Positions 17,867-26,671 of a stretch of DNA of 64,000 nt are shown piece by piece. Every line of letters starts with the position of its first letter. Within the stretch, counting starts at the first letter, position 1. The stretch covers positions 414,841 to 478,840 of the IMG/VR virus record IMGVR_UViG_3300044957_000763; one strand, given 5' to 3'. The position numbers and the translations under genes are program-made. The notes beneath the pieces are model-generated. The model searched no databases, was not told where the DNA came from, and saw only the letters and a list, made by a program, of their open reading frames with translations.

Positions 17867-19018
17867 GTGAAGTTTTTCATTCAACGTAGCATCGTTTTGC
17901 CACTATTGGCGCAAGCACTGGAAACATGCAGTGCCACAAGCAAGCAACATTCTTACACCGACTTCCTTATCGAACTTGGGGAAGGAAAGCTGCGCGTAAC
18001 TAGCATCAATAACTATGCGCAACAATCCATTGTTGTTGATGTCAAAAACATGGACGGAGATGCAACTGCGTCTTTTACGGTTATCGGAAAGAATTTAGTC
18101 GACCTGCTCCGACAGACGCAAGATGAAGAACTCGAGTGCACATACAGCGAAAAGAAACACGCCCTAAAAATTGCCTCGACCACTCGTAAAATGGAGTATG
18201 TTTTCGTAACCGGAAATCCTGAAGAGTTTCAGCCAATTACATTTCAGCCTGGCAAGAAGACGTTTTCTATGCCAGGCGTTGTTTTAGCACAGGCATTTGG
18301 GTACACATATCCTTCCACCAACAAAGAAAGTTCACAGAGACCTTTCACTGCGGTAAAGCTCATTATCAGTAATGACAAACTCGTTGCCGAGTCGACAGAC
18401 CGAAACCGAATCGCTATTTATGATTGCGAAATTCAAGACACAGGTACAGATAACTTTGAGGTTCTTATTCCAAGAGAAGTCGCAGAGTCTGTTTCAAAGA
18501 TTGTTTCTGGCATCGAAAGCGTAACGGTTCGTCCGTGTAATCGACATGTGGTGTTTGAATGGGAAGACACTGAGTTTGTTACATCGCTTGAAACCGATGA
18601 ACAAAATGAATTTATTTCACTGAAAGACTTCTTTGAAAATCCTGTAGTGGCCTCATGTCATATTAGTCGTGAAGACCTGATTCGCTCAATGAAGCTGGCT
18701 GCATTGCTAGATTCAGATGCTGAAATTTATGTTTCTTGTGGTGCAGATGGCCTTGAACTCAGGACAGTTGAGAACGAAATCGGGGCTGGTATTGACACCC
18801 TGCCTGCAAAGGACGTTGAGGGAGAGTCAATGTGCTGTCTGCCACTAAAGCATCTACAGAAGGCGGTAGAGTCATGCGATGAAGCATGGATTACCGTTCA
18901 TTGGTCTCAGCTTGAGAATGGTGAAATTGGTTGTGGAATTGAAGACGGCAATGGTTCTTTGAGATTCTACGTATTTCCTGTTAGAAGCAAGGATTATGAA
19001 GAAGAAATCGAAAACTGA
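17867..19018 (+). CDS. dnaN: DNA polymerase III beta sliding clamp
   Basis: 383 aa three-domain size; ESTDRNRIA (cf. ATDGHRLA), VLIPREV; between dnaX and holA-like genes. Confidence 0.85.
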   Translation: MKFFIQRSIVLPLLAQALETCSATSKQHSYTDFLIELGEGKLRVTSINNYAQQSIVVDVKNMDGDATASFTVIGKNLVDLLRQTQDEELECTYSEKKHALKIASTTRKMEYVFVTGNPEEFQPITFQPGKKTFSMPGVVLAQAFGYTYPSTNKESSQRPFTAVKLIISNDKLVAESTDRNRIAIYDCEIQDTGTDNFEVLIPREVAESVSKIVSGIESVTVRPCNRHVVFEWEDTEFVTSLETDEQNEFISLKDFFENPVVASCHISREDLIRSMKLAALLDSDAEIYVSCGADGLELRTVENEIGAGIDTLPAKDVEGESMCCLPLKHLQKAVESCDEAWITVHWSQLENGEIGCGIEDGNGSLRFYVFPVRSKDYEEEIEN

Positions 19019-20084
19019 TGTCATTGGCATATGGTCTAAAGTCTACGTTATTGAGGGCGAACCCACTGGGTGCGCCCTTGCTTTAGAAGAGCTCAAAGAC
19101 ACGCTTAACAGCAAAATAGTGCGTGTGTCTGATGCGGAAACACTCAGGGCTACATGTCAGGCATTTCAATTTGGTGGGACTGGTACTATTGTATTGGTTC
19201 AATCCCCTAAAGCCGAAATGCTTGCCTCAATGTTGGATATTTCTAATGCACCAGGAGCGCGTTGTACCGCACTGATAGCTTATTATCCTGGTGCATACGC
19301 CGACCGCAGAACGTCATTTGTTTCTGAGGCCAACAATCGAAATCGCATTTACGAATACGCTTATCACATTGTTAATGAGCCAGAAGAACTTCGCAAACAG
19401 TTAACAGACTGGGAGTCTCGGTCTGGTGTCAAGATTGCTGTAAAAGCCAAACCATGGCTTATAGAACACGCTCCAGTTAATAAAGCGAGTGTCAAAGGCC
19501 CAAAAGGCGCAAAAGAAGAACTTGTCTATGACATACCATCGCTAGAGTCAGACTTAAACAAGTTAGCGGAACTTGCAATCTCAGAAGGAAGAGATATCTT
19601 ATCTGTCGATGACTTGGAGATGGGTGTTTACACTACATCAATAGACAGTCAGTGGGATTATTGTGATGCCTTCATTATTGGAAATGAAGGCATTTTGAAC
19701 ATGGAACCACCAGAACAAAATTACGTTGGTGCCACCAGAATGCTTGCTTCACAGTGTCAGTTTGCTGCTCAAATAAAGGCGTATGGAGACAGTGCAATTA
19801 ACAACTCAGATTCGGTGGCGACGCACATTGGCGGTGCTGAAATGGCTGCCAAATATACGTTCCTTGGCGGGACTGGAGAAGGGTATAAAAAGGCACACCC
19901 ATTCAGGGTCAAAATGGCGGCTCGAAAATTCAAAAATGTTTCTTTGCAGCGCATAGTGAGTTTAATAGAATTGTGTGATGTCGCAACTAAAGATATGCTT
20001 AGTGGATACGCTCATCAAACGGTATACAATATGATGATATTGGCCTCTTTGAATCAAATGCAATACTGTAAGTTCACCAAATAA
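18996..20084 (+). CDS. holA: Clamp loader delta subunit-like protein
   Basis: VYVIEGEP N-terminus, LESDLNKL, C-terminal collar with HPFRVKMA; adjacent to dnaN. Confidence 0.6.
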   Translation: MKKKSKTDVIGIWSKVYVIEGEPTGCALALEELKDTLNSKIVRVSDAETLRATCQAFQFGGTGTIVLVQSPKAEMLASMLDISNAPGARCTALIAYYPGAYADRRTSFVSEANNRNRIYEYAYHIVNEPEELRKQLTDWESRSGVKIAVKAKPWLIEHAPVNKASVKGPKGAKEELVYDIPSLESDLNKLAELAISEGRDILSVDDLEMGVYTTSIDSQWDYCDAFIIGNEGILNMEPPEQNYVGATRMLASQCQFAAQIKAYGDSAINNSDSVATHIGGAEMAAKYTFLGGTGEGYKKAHPFRVKMAARKFKNVSLQRIVSLIELCDVATKDMLSGYAHQTVYNMMILASLNQMQYCKFTK

Positions 20085-20108
20085 TGTATAAGTTCACTGA
20101 GGCTTTCA

Positions 20109-20720
20109 GTGAGAACAAGGCACTACGAATACATAGATGAGTTAGTTGTACGCGCAAAAAATGGCGACGATAACGCCTTGTTGTTGATTATTGACTTCTA
20201 TCAACCGCTACTCAAAACATCCATAAAGTATTGTGTCTCTAGATACCCGCTCGCCGCGAGATACACTGAAGACATTGAGGCAGACCTATATCTCATAATG
20301 CGCGAATTAGTTCGGCAATATGATGCAGAACTGTCATTTTTTTCCTACTTCTTGTCAACTCGTATTGACTTCGTGCTTCAAACACATGTGCGTAAAAATT
20401 ATCTCGACAGCAGTGTTGGCGGAAGGAGGCCTAGTGAAATTTTCATCGAGGATATGCCAGAAGACTGGGAACCATTCGTAGACCAAGACCCGGTTGGCAA
20501 AATTATTGCAAGTGCTGATATTTCTTCAGCGCTTTTGAAACTTGAAGACAGGTATAGAACTGCGGTTCAGTTGTACTTTTTTGAGGGTATGAACCAGCAA
20601 CAAGCGGCTGAACACTTATCCATTACACAGTCTTCATTTTCAAAAAGGCTTAACAAGGCACTAGAGCAATTAAGAGATTTTATGACTGATTTCGAAAAAA
20701 CTCTTATCACAAAGGAATAA
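20109..20720 (+). CDS. Sigma-70 family RNA polymerase sigma factor (regions 2 and 4 only)
   Basis: LVVRAKNGDDNAL, EDIEADLYL...YDAELSFFSY; region 4 LEDRYRTAVQLYFFEGMNQQQAAEHLSITQSSFSKRLNKALEQLR. Confidence 0.88.
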   Translation: MRTRHYEYIDELVVRAKNGDDNALLLIIDFYQPLLKTSIKYCVSRYPLAARYTEDIEADLYLIMRELVRQYDAELSFFSYFLSTRIDFVLQTHVRKNYLDSSVGGRRPSEIFIEDMPEDWEPFVDQDPVGKIIASADISSALLKLEDRYRTAVQLYFFEGMNQQQAAEHLSITQSSFSKRLNKALEQLRDFMTDFEKTLITKE

Positions 20721-20811
20721 TATCAACATCTGCATAATACTATATAATTAGGCTTCTCATATGTGTCACTGTCGGCACTACTTAGTACGCGCGTGTATTA
20801 AGGTATTTTTG

Positions 20812-21552
20812 ATGAAGCCACACGAGGACAATAAAGTGGCCACTCAGTCTGAAGAATTTCTTTACAATTGGAACAATCAACTAGCTTCGGGTACCCAGCG
20901 TGAGCGACAAACTCTATTGATACGCGAGGCACAATCATTACGAAAGGCAGGCTATGAGCAACGAGAAGCCCTTGATATGCTCTTGGCTGACCATCAAGAT
21001 GTTGTTGCAGTCGAAGGTGCAATTGGGTATGTCTTTGCTGACGCAAAGACAGAAAATGTGAAAGAGGTTTCCGCAGAGGCGGTCGTACCGACTTCATACA
21101 AGGATATTGCATCCATTATTGAAAGCCGATTGGCAGAAATGGGCCCAGAAAAGTTCATTAAAACATTGTGTGATGCTGCATATCCGATTGTTCGCACGTC
21201 ACAGCATGGTCGAGAGTCATTAGTTCGCCTGGCTAATTCTGCACTGAATATGCGTCATGCAATGAGCCTGCTGCATGAAACACTGGCACCGTATTTTGAA
21301 ACCGCAATGCTTGATTCTGTATTGTTGGCAAACAAGTTGGAAACCAGGGTTGCTGAAAAGCAAGCAGGTGTTTACGATTGTGAAACCAATAAAGGTTCGG
21401 TAACTGTAGACATTCGACAAGCCTCTAGTACAAGCGATAGATTCGTAGGTGGAAACTTTGCTGAATTTGGATTGGCTTGCGAATACATGGTCAAAGTAGC
21501 GGATTGTATTTCTCCGCATGAGAGGCTGAGAAAAGCTGTAAATTCAAAGTAA
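20812..21552 (+). CDS. Hypothetical protein with a degenerate SWIM-like C-terminus
   Basis: ATG 20812 with AAGG preferred over 20761; C-terminal VTVDIRQASSTSDRF...LACEYMVKV resembles a SWIM finger with lost ligands. Confidence 0.45.
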   Translation: MKPHEDNKVATQSEEFLYNWNNQLASGTQRERQTLLIREAQSLRKAGYEQREALDMLLADHQDVVAVEGAIGYVFADAKTENVKEVSAEAVVPTSYKDIASIIESRLAEMGPEKFIKTLCDAAYPIVRTSQHGRESLVRLANSALNMRHAMSLLHETLAPYFETAMLDSVLLANKLETRVAEKQAGVYDCETNKGSVTVDIRQASSTSDRFVGGNFAEFGLACEYMVKVADCISPHERLRKAVNSK

Positions 21553-21582
21553 GTCGCTACCAGCTTACTTTATAAGTAACGT

Positions 21583-22290
21583 ATGGCCGAAAATAAAGAT
21601 AAACAGGTCGTTAGTTCAATAGTGGTTCCCGGAATGCGAAAGGCATTTCGTGACTTGCCAGTAGAACAGCGTAAATATATTCAGGATTTGAAAGGGGACG
21701 AGCAGCCTTTTTATCCTTTGCCACCTGACCCATATGATGGTGTCACTTATGTTACTTTTCATGAGCCAAAATGTTCTATTTGCTCGTCCCCTTACAAAAC
21801 CCAACTTGAACATGTGTTTCTAGCCAATGGAGAAAGTCCTAGTGCGGTTTCTCAGTATTTCTGGTATTACTATGGCGTAATGGTCAACCCCGCTGCAATT
21901 AAGCAGCACATGAACAAACACTGCGTACTCAATGAAATAACAACATCGGGTTTGGCACAACTTCAGAAACGTGCCGAGGAGTTTGACTGGTGGCGATTGC
22001 GCAGAAGCGAACTGGTAATCACAGGGTTATTGTCGCAAATTGACCGTATTGAAGGTATACGCACAAAGGGCAACCCAGACCTTGAACTAAAGAAATCATC
22101 AGAAATGCGCGCGTTGCTTGCATCATACTCTACAGCACAAAAACAATTTGAAGAAGAAGCCAATGAGGTCATTAGCGTTCGTCATGTCTTGGCAGACATT
22201 ATGAACCTATTGACTGATGAATCTAGTAAAGAAATCATTCGCAAATACGTCAATGACCTCAGAACCAAAATTCGAGGGGATATGTCGTAA
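21583..22290 (+). CDS. Putative terminase small subunit
   Basis: CSIC...HTH-like...HMNKH N-terminal region plus a helical C-terminus; its stop overlaps the terL start. Confidence 0.55.
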   Translation: MAENKDKQVVSSIVVPGMRKAFRDLPVEQRKYIQDLKGDEQPFYPLPPDPYDGVTYVTFHEPKCSICSSPYKTQLEHVFLANGESPSAVSQYFWYYYGVMVNPAAIKQHMNKHCVLNEITTSGLAQLQKRAEEFDWWRLRRSELVITGLLSQIDRIEGIRTKGNPDLELKKSSEMRALLASYSTAQKQFEEEANEVISVRHVLADIMNLLTDESSKEIIRKYVNDLRTKIRGDMS

Positions 22291-25200
22291 TGGCAAAAGA
22301 TAAAAAACAAGACAATTTGCAACAAAAAGAAGACCTGTTGCGAGAATTGACAGAATTCAGCCAAGTTTTTAATACCGATGCTGAGATTGCAGAAGAAGAG
22401 ACATTATTTACGTTTACTTCTCAAGCACGCAGCGAGACACCAGCACCACCTGAGCCTCCGAAATCTCCCAAGAATCCATATGGATTGCATGATATTATCA
22501 CATTTTGTGAGCACCCATATTTTCTTGGTCAAACCCTCACACCAATGCAGAAAATAATCCTAAAGGCATGGTGTATGGGTTCTGAGGGCAACCAACATTT
22601 GACACTGACCAATGAAGTCACGTCAGATTGTTCTGGATGTGCATGGGATTACGTCCGAACCAAAGAAGAAGAACTGTCCAAGATTACGCTTGGAGATGGT
22701 GTTTACAAGTTGCCACCTGGCAGAGTGCCGTCTGAAAATGCGCCGTGTCTAAATTGTACTAGATTCTGCCCTGTTACAAGAGCAAAGCGATTTGAGCAAC
22801 TCAAATACGAAACCATTAATGATTTTGAATTGGAAGATGTTAAACAACGAGAAGAGGCAGAATTAGTTGACCGTTTTGAAACGGAAATGATGATGCTCGA
22901 AAGAGAAGGCATCCCGGTTAAAACCAAAGACCAAATTGTAAGAAAACTCGGTCGTGCTTTCACAGAAATGATTTTGGTAATGGGGCGTCGTAGCGGAAAG
23001 GCACTTGAACTCAATACGCCGGTGTTGACAACTAATGGATGGTCGACCATGGGCGAGTTAAAAGTCGGTGATTATGTATACGGAGAAGACGGTAGACCAA
23101 CTAAGGTTATTGCAGTCAGTCCAGTGTGGGAAAATAGGGAGTGCTTTGAAGTTGAGTTTACAACTGGCGAAGTTATTATTGCAGATGCTGCTCATGAATG
23201 GACTGTATCAGATAAAAATGCCAGAAAACACAAAGACAGATACCATGGAGTTGTTAAAACCAAAACATTAGAAACTAGAGAACTGGCTCAAAAAGTTAAA
23301 ATTGGCAAAGAATACAACTGGGCAATTGATGTGGCAAAGCCGTTAGAAAAAGAGTCTGTTGAATTACCAATTAATCCATATACTATGGGTGTTTGGCTAG
23401 GAGATGGTACTTCTCAAAACGGTTTTATCACATGCCACGAACATGAAATCATGCAACGAATTCTTGCCACTGGTGAATTTGAAAAAGTAGAACAGCATGC
23501 AAGTAATCCAAATCTATGGACATGCTTCGGTCTCAAAATAAAACTAAGAGGACTAGATGTGCTTGAGAACAAGCATATCCCAGATGTGTATTTTTGCGGG
23601 TCTTTAGAGCAAAGGTTAGAATTGCTTCGTGGGTTGGTTGATACAGATGGACATGTAGATGCGCAAGGACATGTAGAAATTGTCAGTGTGAACGAGCGGC
23701 TTGCTAGTGATATATATGCACTAGTGGCATCTGTTGGTGCAAAAGTAAAACTTTACAAAGACCGAGCAATGCTCAATGGAGTAGATTGTGGTCCTCGATA
23801 TCGCGTGTCTTTTTGTCCTCGTGGCGATATAAAAATCGCGCACCTTAAACGCAAACAAAGTAATTGTAAACCAACAGTGCACACATTGCATTCATCTCAC
23901 AGAATTCGAGATATTAGACCGTGCAACGAAAAACACAATACTGTATGTATTGAAGTGGATAATCAATCACACCTATTTCTTGTTGGTCGCTCAATGATAC
24001 CAACACACAACAGCTATCTTGTTGCAATTTTGGCACTATATGCCGTATATCGCTTGATTAAAATGGAGCATCCGCAAAAGGCATATGGTCTGATGGATTT
24101 CGATATTATTACGGTGTTGAATGTTGCTAAATCAGAAGACCAGGCAAAAGGTGCGGTTTTTGAGAAAATCTTTTCTCTGGTTCTTACGTCTCCGTTTTTT
24201 GGACCGTTCGTAGCACACTACACTCAAACCACGCTACACTTTATGACCCCAAGAGACTTGGAGGAGCACGAACGCAGAAAGCGACGTGGAATCACAGAGA
24301 AAAAAGGAACAATCAATCTGATATCCGGTCACTCCAATTCTAGCTCTCTTGTTGGTAAAACAGTTATCGTTCTCATTATTGACGAGATGGCCGAAATGGC
24401 CGGTAAAAAGGGTGACGACGGCAAAGATAAAGAGCTTTACGAAAAGCTGAAGAAATCACTTGCGACATTCGGCTCTGATGGTAAAACAATCTTGCTGTCT
24501 AACCCACTGTACGAAACGGGGGAATTTTATCGTCTGTATGAAACTTCGTTTTCTCGAGAACATGTATTGATGTTTCAGGTTCCAACTGAAATATGTAACC
24601 CAACTGTTGAAAAGTCTTATCTCGAACAAGAGCGCAAAGATAGTCCAGAATCATATTCTATGCATTTTGAGGCCCAATTCGCATCAAGTAGTAAAGACCC
24701 ATTTTTGCCACCCGATATTGTGTCCGCTGCATTTTTCAGACTTGAAAATCAAGGCCGAACAGAAATAGGAAAGCCTGGAGTCAGTTATTTTGTTCATCTT
24801 GACCCTGCATATAACTCAGATATGTACGCTCTAGCCTTAGTACATGCAGAACCAATGAAAGACAAGAAAGACAAAGATGGTCGACCATTGATGGAAGTCA
24901 TTGTCGACCATATTCATATTTGGAAGCCAAAAGACAAACACAACCCAGTCAATCCAGAAATAGTAAATCAATATGTAATTGATTTATCAAAGCGATTCAA
25001 CATAGTTCAGGTTACATATGACCACTGGAATAGCGAGTCGTCTATTTGGATTCTCAAAAGCCATGGTATCAATGCCGAGAAACGCGTGTTCTCGCCTGGA
25101 TATCAAGATATGATTTTCCAAAATATCAAAGACTTAATGATGGGAGAGCGCATACACTTTTATGGCATAGATACATGGGCACAGGATAAAAATGGAGTTG

Positions 25201-25409
25201 TGTGTGTGCGGGAAATCACTGAGGCAAAGAAGCAGTTCACATATTTAGAAAGAGTCATCAAACACAACAGACCTAAAATACAAGCACCATATGGCATCAA
25301 TGATGACGTAGTTGATGCAGTTGTGGCCGCGGCTTTTGAGTGTATCAACACTAAACAATACAAAACAACAGCAAGGCCTCGCGGTGTCAGAATGCCAAGG
25401 GCATTTTAA
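22290..25409 (+). CDS. terL: Terminase large subunit, intein-containing
   Basis: Walker A GRRSGK/S split by an intein; Walker B LIIDEMA; coupling motif LLSNP; RNase H-like nuclease VHLDPA...DDVVDAV. Confidence 0.93.
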   Translation: MAKDKKQDNLQQKEDLLRELTEFSQVFNTDAEIAEEETLFTFTSQARSETPAPPEPPKSPKNPYGLHDIITFCEHPYFLGQTLTPMQKIILKAWCMGSEGNQHLTLTNEVTSDCSGCAWDYVRTKEEELSKITLGDGVYKLPPGRVPSENAPCLNCTRFCPVTRAKRFEQLKYETINDFELEDVKQREEAELVDRFETEMMMLEREGIPVKTKDQIVRKLGRAFTEMILVMGRRSGKALELNTPVLTTNGWSTMGELKVGDYVYGEDGRPTKVIAVSPVWENRECFEVEFTTGEVIIADAAHEWTVSDKNARKHKDRYHGVVKTKTLETRELAQKVKIGKEYNWAIDVAKPLEKESVELPINPYTMGVWLGDGTSQNGFITCHEHEIMQRILATGEFEKVEQHASNPNLWTCFGLKIKLRGLDVLENKHIPDVYFCGSLEQRLELLRGLVDTDGHVDAQGHVEIVSVNERLASDIYALVASVGAKVKLYKDRAMLNGVDCGPRYRVSFCPRGDIKIAHLKRKQSNCKPTVHTLHSSHRIRDIRPCNEKHNTVCIEVDNQSHLFLVGRSMIPTHNSYLVAILALYAVYRLIKMEHPQKAYGLMDFDIITVLNVAKSEDQAKGAVFEKIFSLVLTSPFFGPFVAHYTQTTLHFMTPRDLEEHERRKRRGITEKKGTINLISGHSNSSSLVGKTVIVLIIDEMAEMAGKKGDDGKDKELYEKLKKSLATFGSDGKTILLSNPLYETGEFYRLYETSFSREHVLMFQVPTEICNPTVEKSYLEQERKDSPESYSMHFEAQFASSSKDPFLPPDIVSAAFFRLENQGRTEIGKPGVSYFVHLDPAYNSDMYALALVHAEPMKDKKDKDGRPLMEVIVDHIHIWKPKDKHNPVNPEIVNQYVIDLSKRFNIVQVTYDHWNSESSIWILKSHGINAEKRVFSPGYQDMIFQNIKDLMMGERIHFYGIDTWAQDKNGVVCVREITEAKKQFTYLERVIKHNRPKIQAPYGINDDVVDAVVAAAFECINTKQYKTTARPRGVRMPRAF
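23001..24011 (+). mobile_element. Class 3 intein (337 aa) with LAGLIDADG homing endonuclease
   Basis: Starts Ala (ALELNTPVLT), ends IPTHN before Ser+1; block B AAHEW (Trp), block F TVCIEV (Cys), block G THN (Thr); endonuclease blocks GVWLGDG and LRGLVDTDG. Confidence 0.92.
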
Positions 25410-25412
25410 TCG

Positions 25413-25441
25413 TAGGTGTATCACGATGTCTTGCTTAAAAT
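25413..25441 (+). promoter_or_regulatory. Putative phage promoter TAGGTG-N17-TAAAAT
   Basis: Intergenic, upstream of 25450; same spacing as at 28372, 37596, 49375, 55015. Confidence 0.65.
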
Positions 25442-25449
25442 AGAGTCTG

Positions 25450-26652
25450 ATGAGTGAGTTTGCTCGATATCTGGATGCTGAGCTAAATCGCTTTTTGTCA
25501 CGAGAAGCGCAATTTGGTGGTCGAGGAGGCCATCCACAACCATGGATGACAGGTTTTGGTGTTGGCTCGCTTGGTCACGAGCGCCGCACAGGACCCGGCG
25601 GCCAGAATAATTTTGCGCCAAATATGAGTCTTGATAGTATCATGGGTCGAACTCGTCGCAATCTTGATGATGCAGATATTCCAGATATTAATATGGAAAG
25701 GTGGTTAGAAGGCTCACACAGTGACGTTGAGAGCGATAGAAGAGGATATGACCTAAGTCCAGAAGAAAGACAAATGCAGAACACTCGTGAGAAAATGCGT
25801 CGCAGAGAAATGTTCTTGGACTCAGAAAGAAATCCAGAAAAGCCAGTTGATGTTCCAAAGAAATTCAAAGACGGCAGCAATAAAGAACAGCATCAAACAC
25901 TTGAGTCTACGCTTGAGCACAGACATGAAAATGACGGCAAGGAATACAGTGACCAGGCTTCGCCACAAATACAGCCCACACGCACATTTGGTTATGCAAG
26001 CACGTATCAACGTATGCTGAGGCTTGCAACCAAGTCGATATTTGACCAAAACAAAAACTCCCGCGAAGTAAAACGCACACATACCAGTACAGAGGCTACG
26101 CCGGTTATCACATCAAACGAAGAAGCTGACCCAATGAGTGCAGAAGAAGTGTCTAAAAAGATGCCTGCGCTTGGCAAAATGACTACCACATTAAACCCAG
26201 GGGGGATTCCAACATCTAGGTCTGATTTTGAAAGGGCCATAGATGAATTAGCACTAGATGACGCTGGAAAATCAGACTTGGGTATGCATAATGAGGGCAA
26301 TACATGGGGTGAGCGAACTCTGACATTTGACTTGCCGGCGGCAGATGAAGTTGGCGACCATTCTGGTAGCAAGATTCTGCACAAAGACATGCTTGTTGAT
26401 ATGGATAGTGATTTGGATGCATTTCTTTCTAAAGAACCAGATGAATCAGCCACAACACTAGAGGAACAGCTTGAAAAAACGCGGCCGAAACGCAAGTTTA
26501 GATTGCAAGACACAGACCAGGTTGACGGTTTCAGTGAGACAGAAGCAAAGCACTTAACAGACCCCAATTTCCCACATGTTCCTTGGGGATTATCAGACTA
26601 CTACAACGGTGGTGCGTTTGCTGACCATGGCGTACCACTGCCTAAGATATAG
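25450..26652 (+). CDS. Hypothetical head-associated protein
   Basis: 400 aa, acidic and probably disordered; contains SREAQ, TLESTLEHRH and TLEEQLEKTR motifs shared with other head-region ORFs. Confidence 0.55.
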   Translation: MSEFARYLDAELNRFLSREAQFGGRGGHPQPWMTGFGVGSLGHERRTGPGGQNNFAPNMSLDSIMGRTRRNLDDADIPDINMERWLEGSHSDVESDRRGYDLSPEERQMQNTREKMRRREMFLDSERNPEKPVDVPKKFKDGSNKEQHQTLESTLEHRHENDGKEYSDQASPQIQPTRTFGYASTYQRMLRLATKSIFDQNKNSREVKRTHTSTEATPVITSNEEADPMSAEEVSKKMPALGKMTTTLNPGGIPTSRSDFERAIDELALDDAGKSDLGMHNEGNTWGERTLTFDLPAADEVGDHSGSKILHKDMLVDMDSDLDAFLSKEPDESATTLEEQLEKTRPKRKFRLQDTDQVDGFSETEAKHLTDPNFPHVPWGLSDYYNGGAFADHGVPLPKI

Positions 26653-26671
26653 CGTGTATAACCCGCTATAT
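26647..26671 (+). promoter_or_regulatory. TGTATAA in the loop of a hairpin overlapping the glf start codon
   Basis: atatagcg-tgtataacc-cgctatat; the 3' arm includes the AT of ATG 26670. Confidence 0.5.

Noticed and set aside
1-20720. Bacterial chromosome origin for the dnaE/dnaX/dnaN/recA/recJ cluster
   Set aside because: The genes are divergent and trimmed, clustered in a way not seen in bacterial chromosomes, include a gp32-like SSB, and run directly into terminase and capsid genes.
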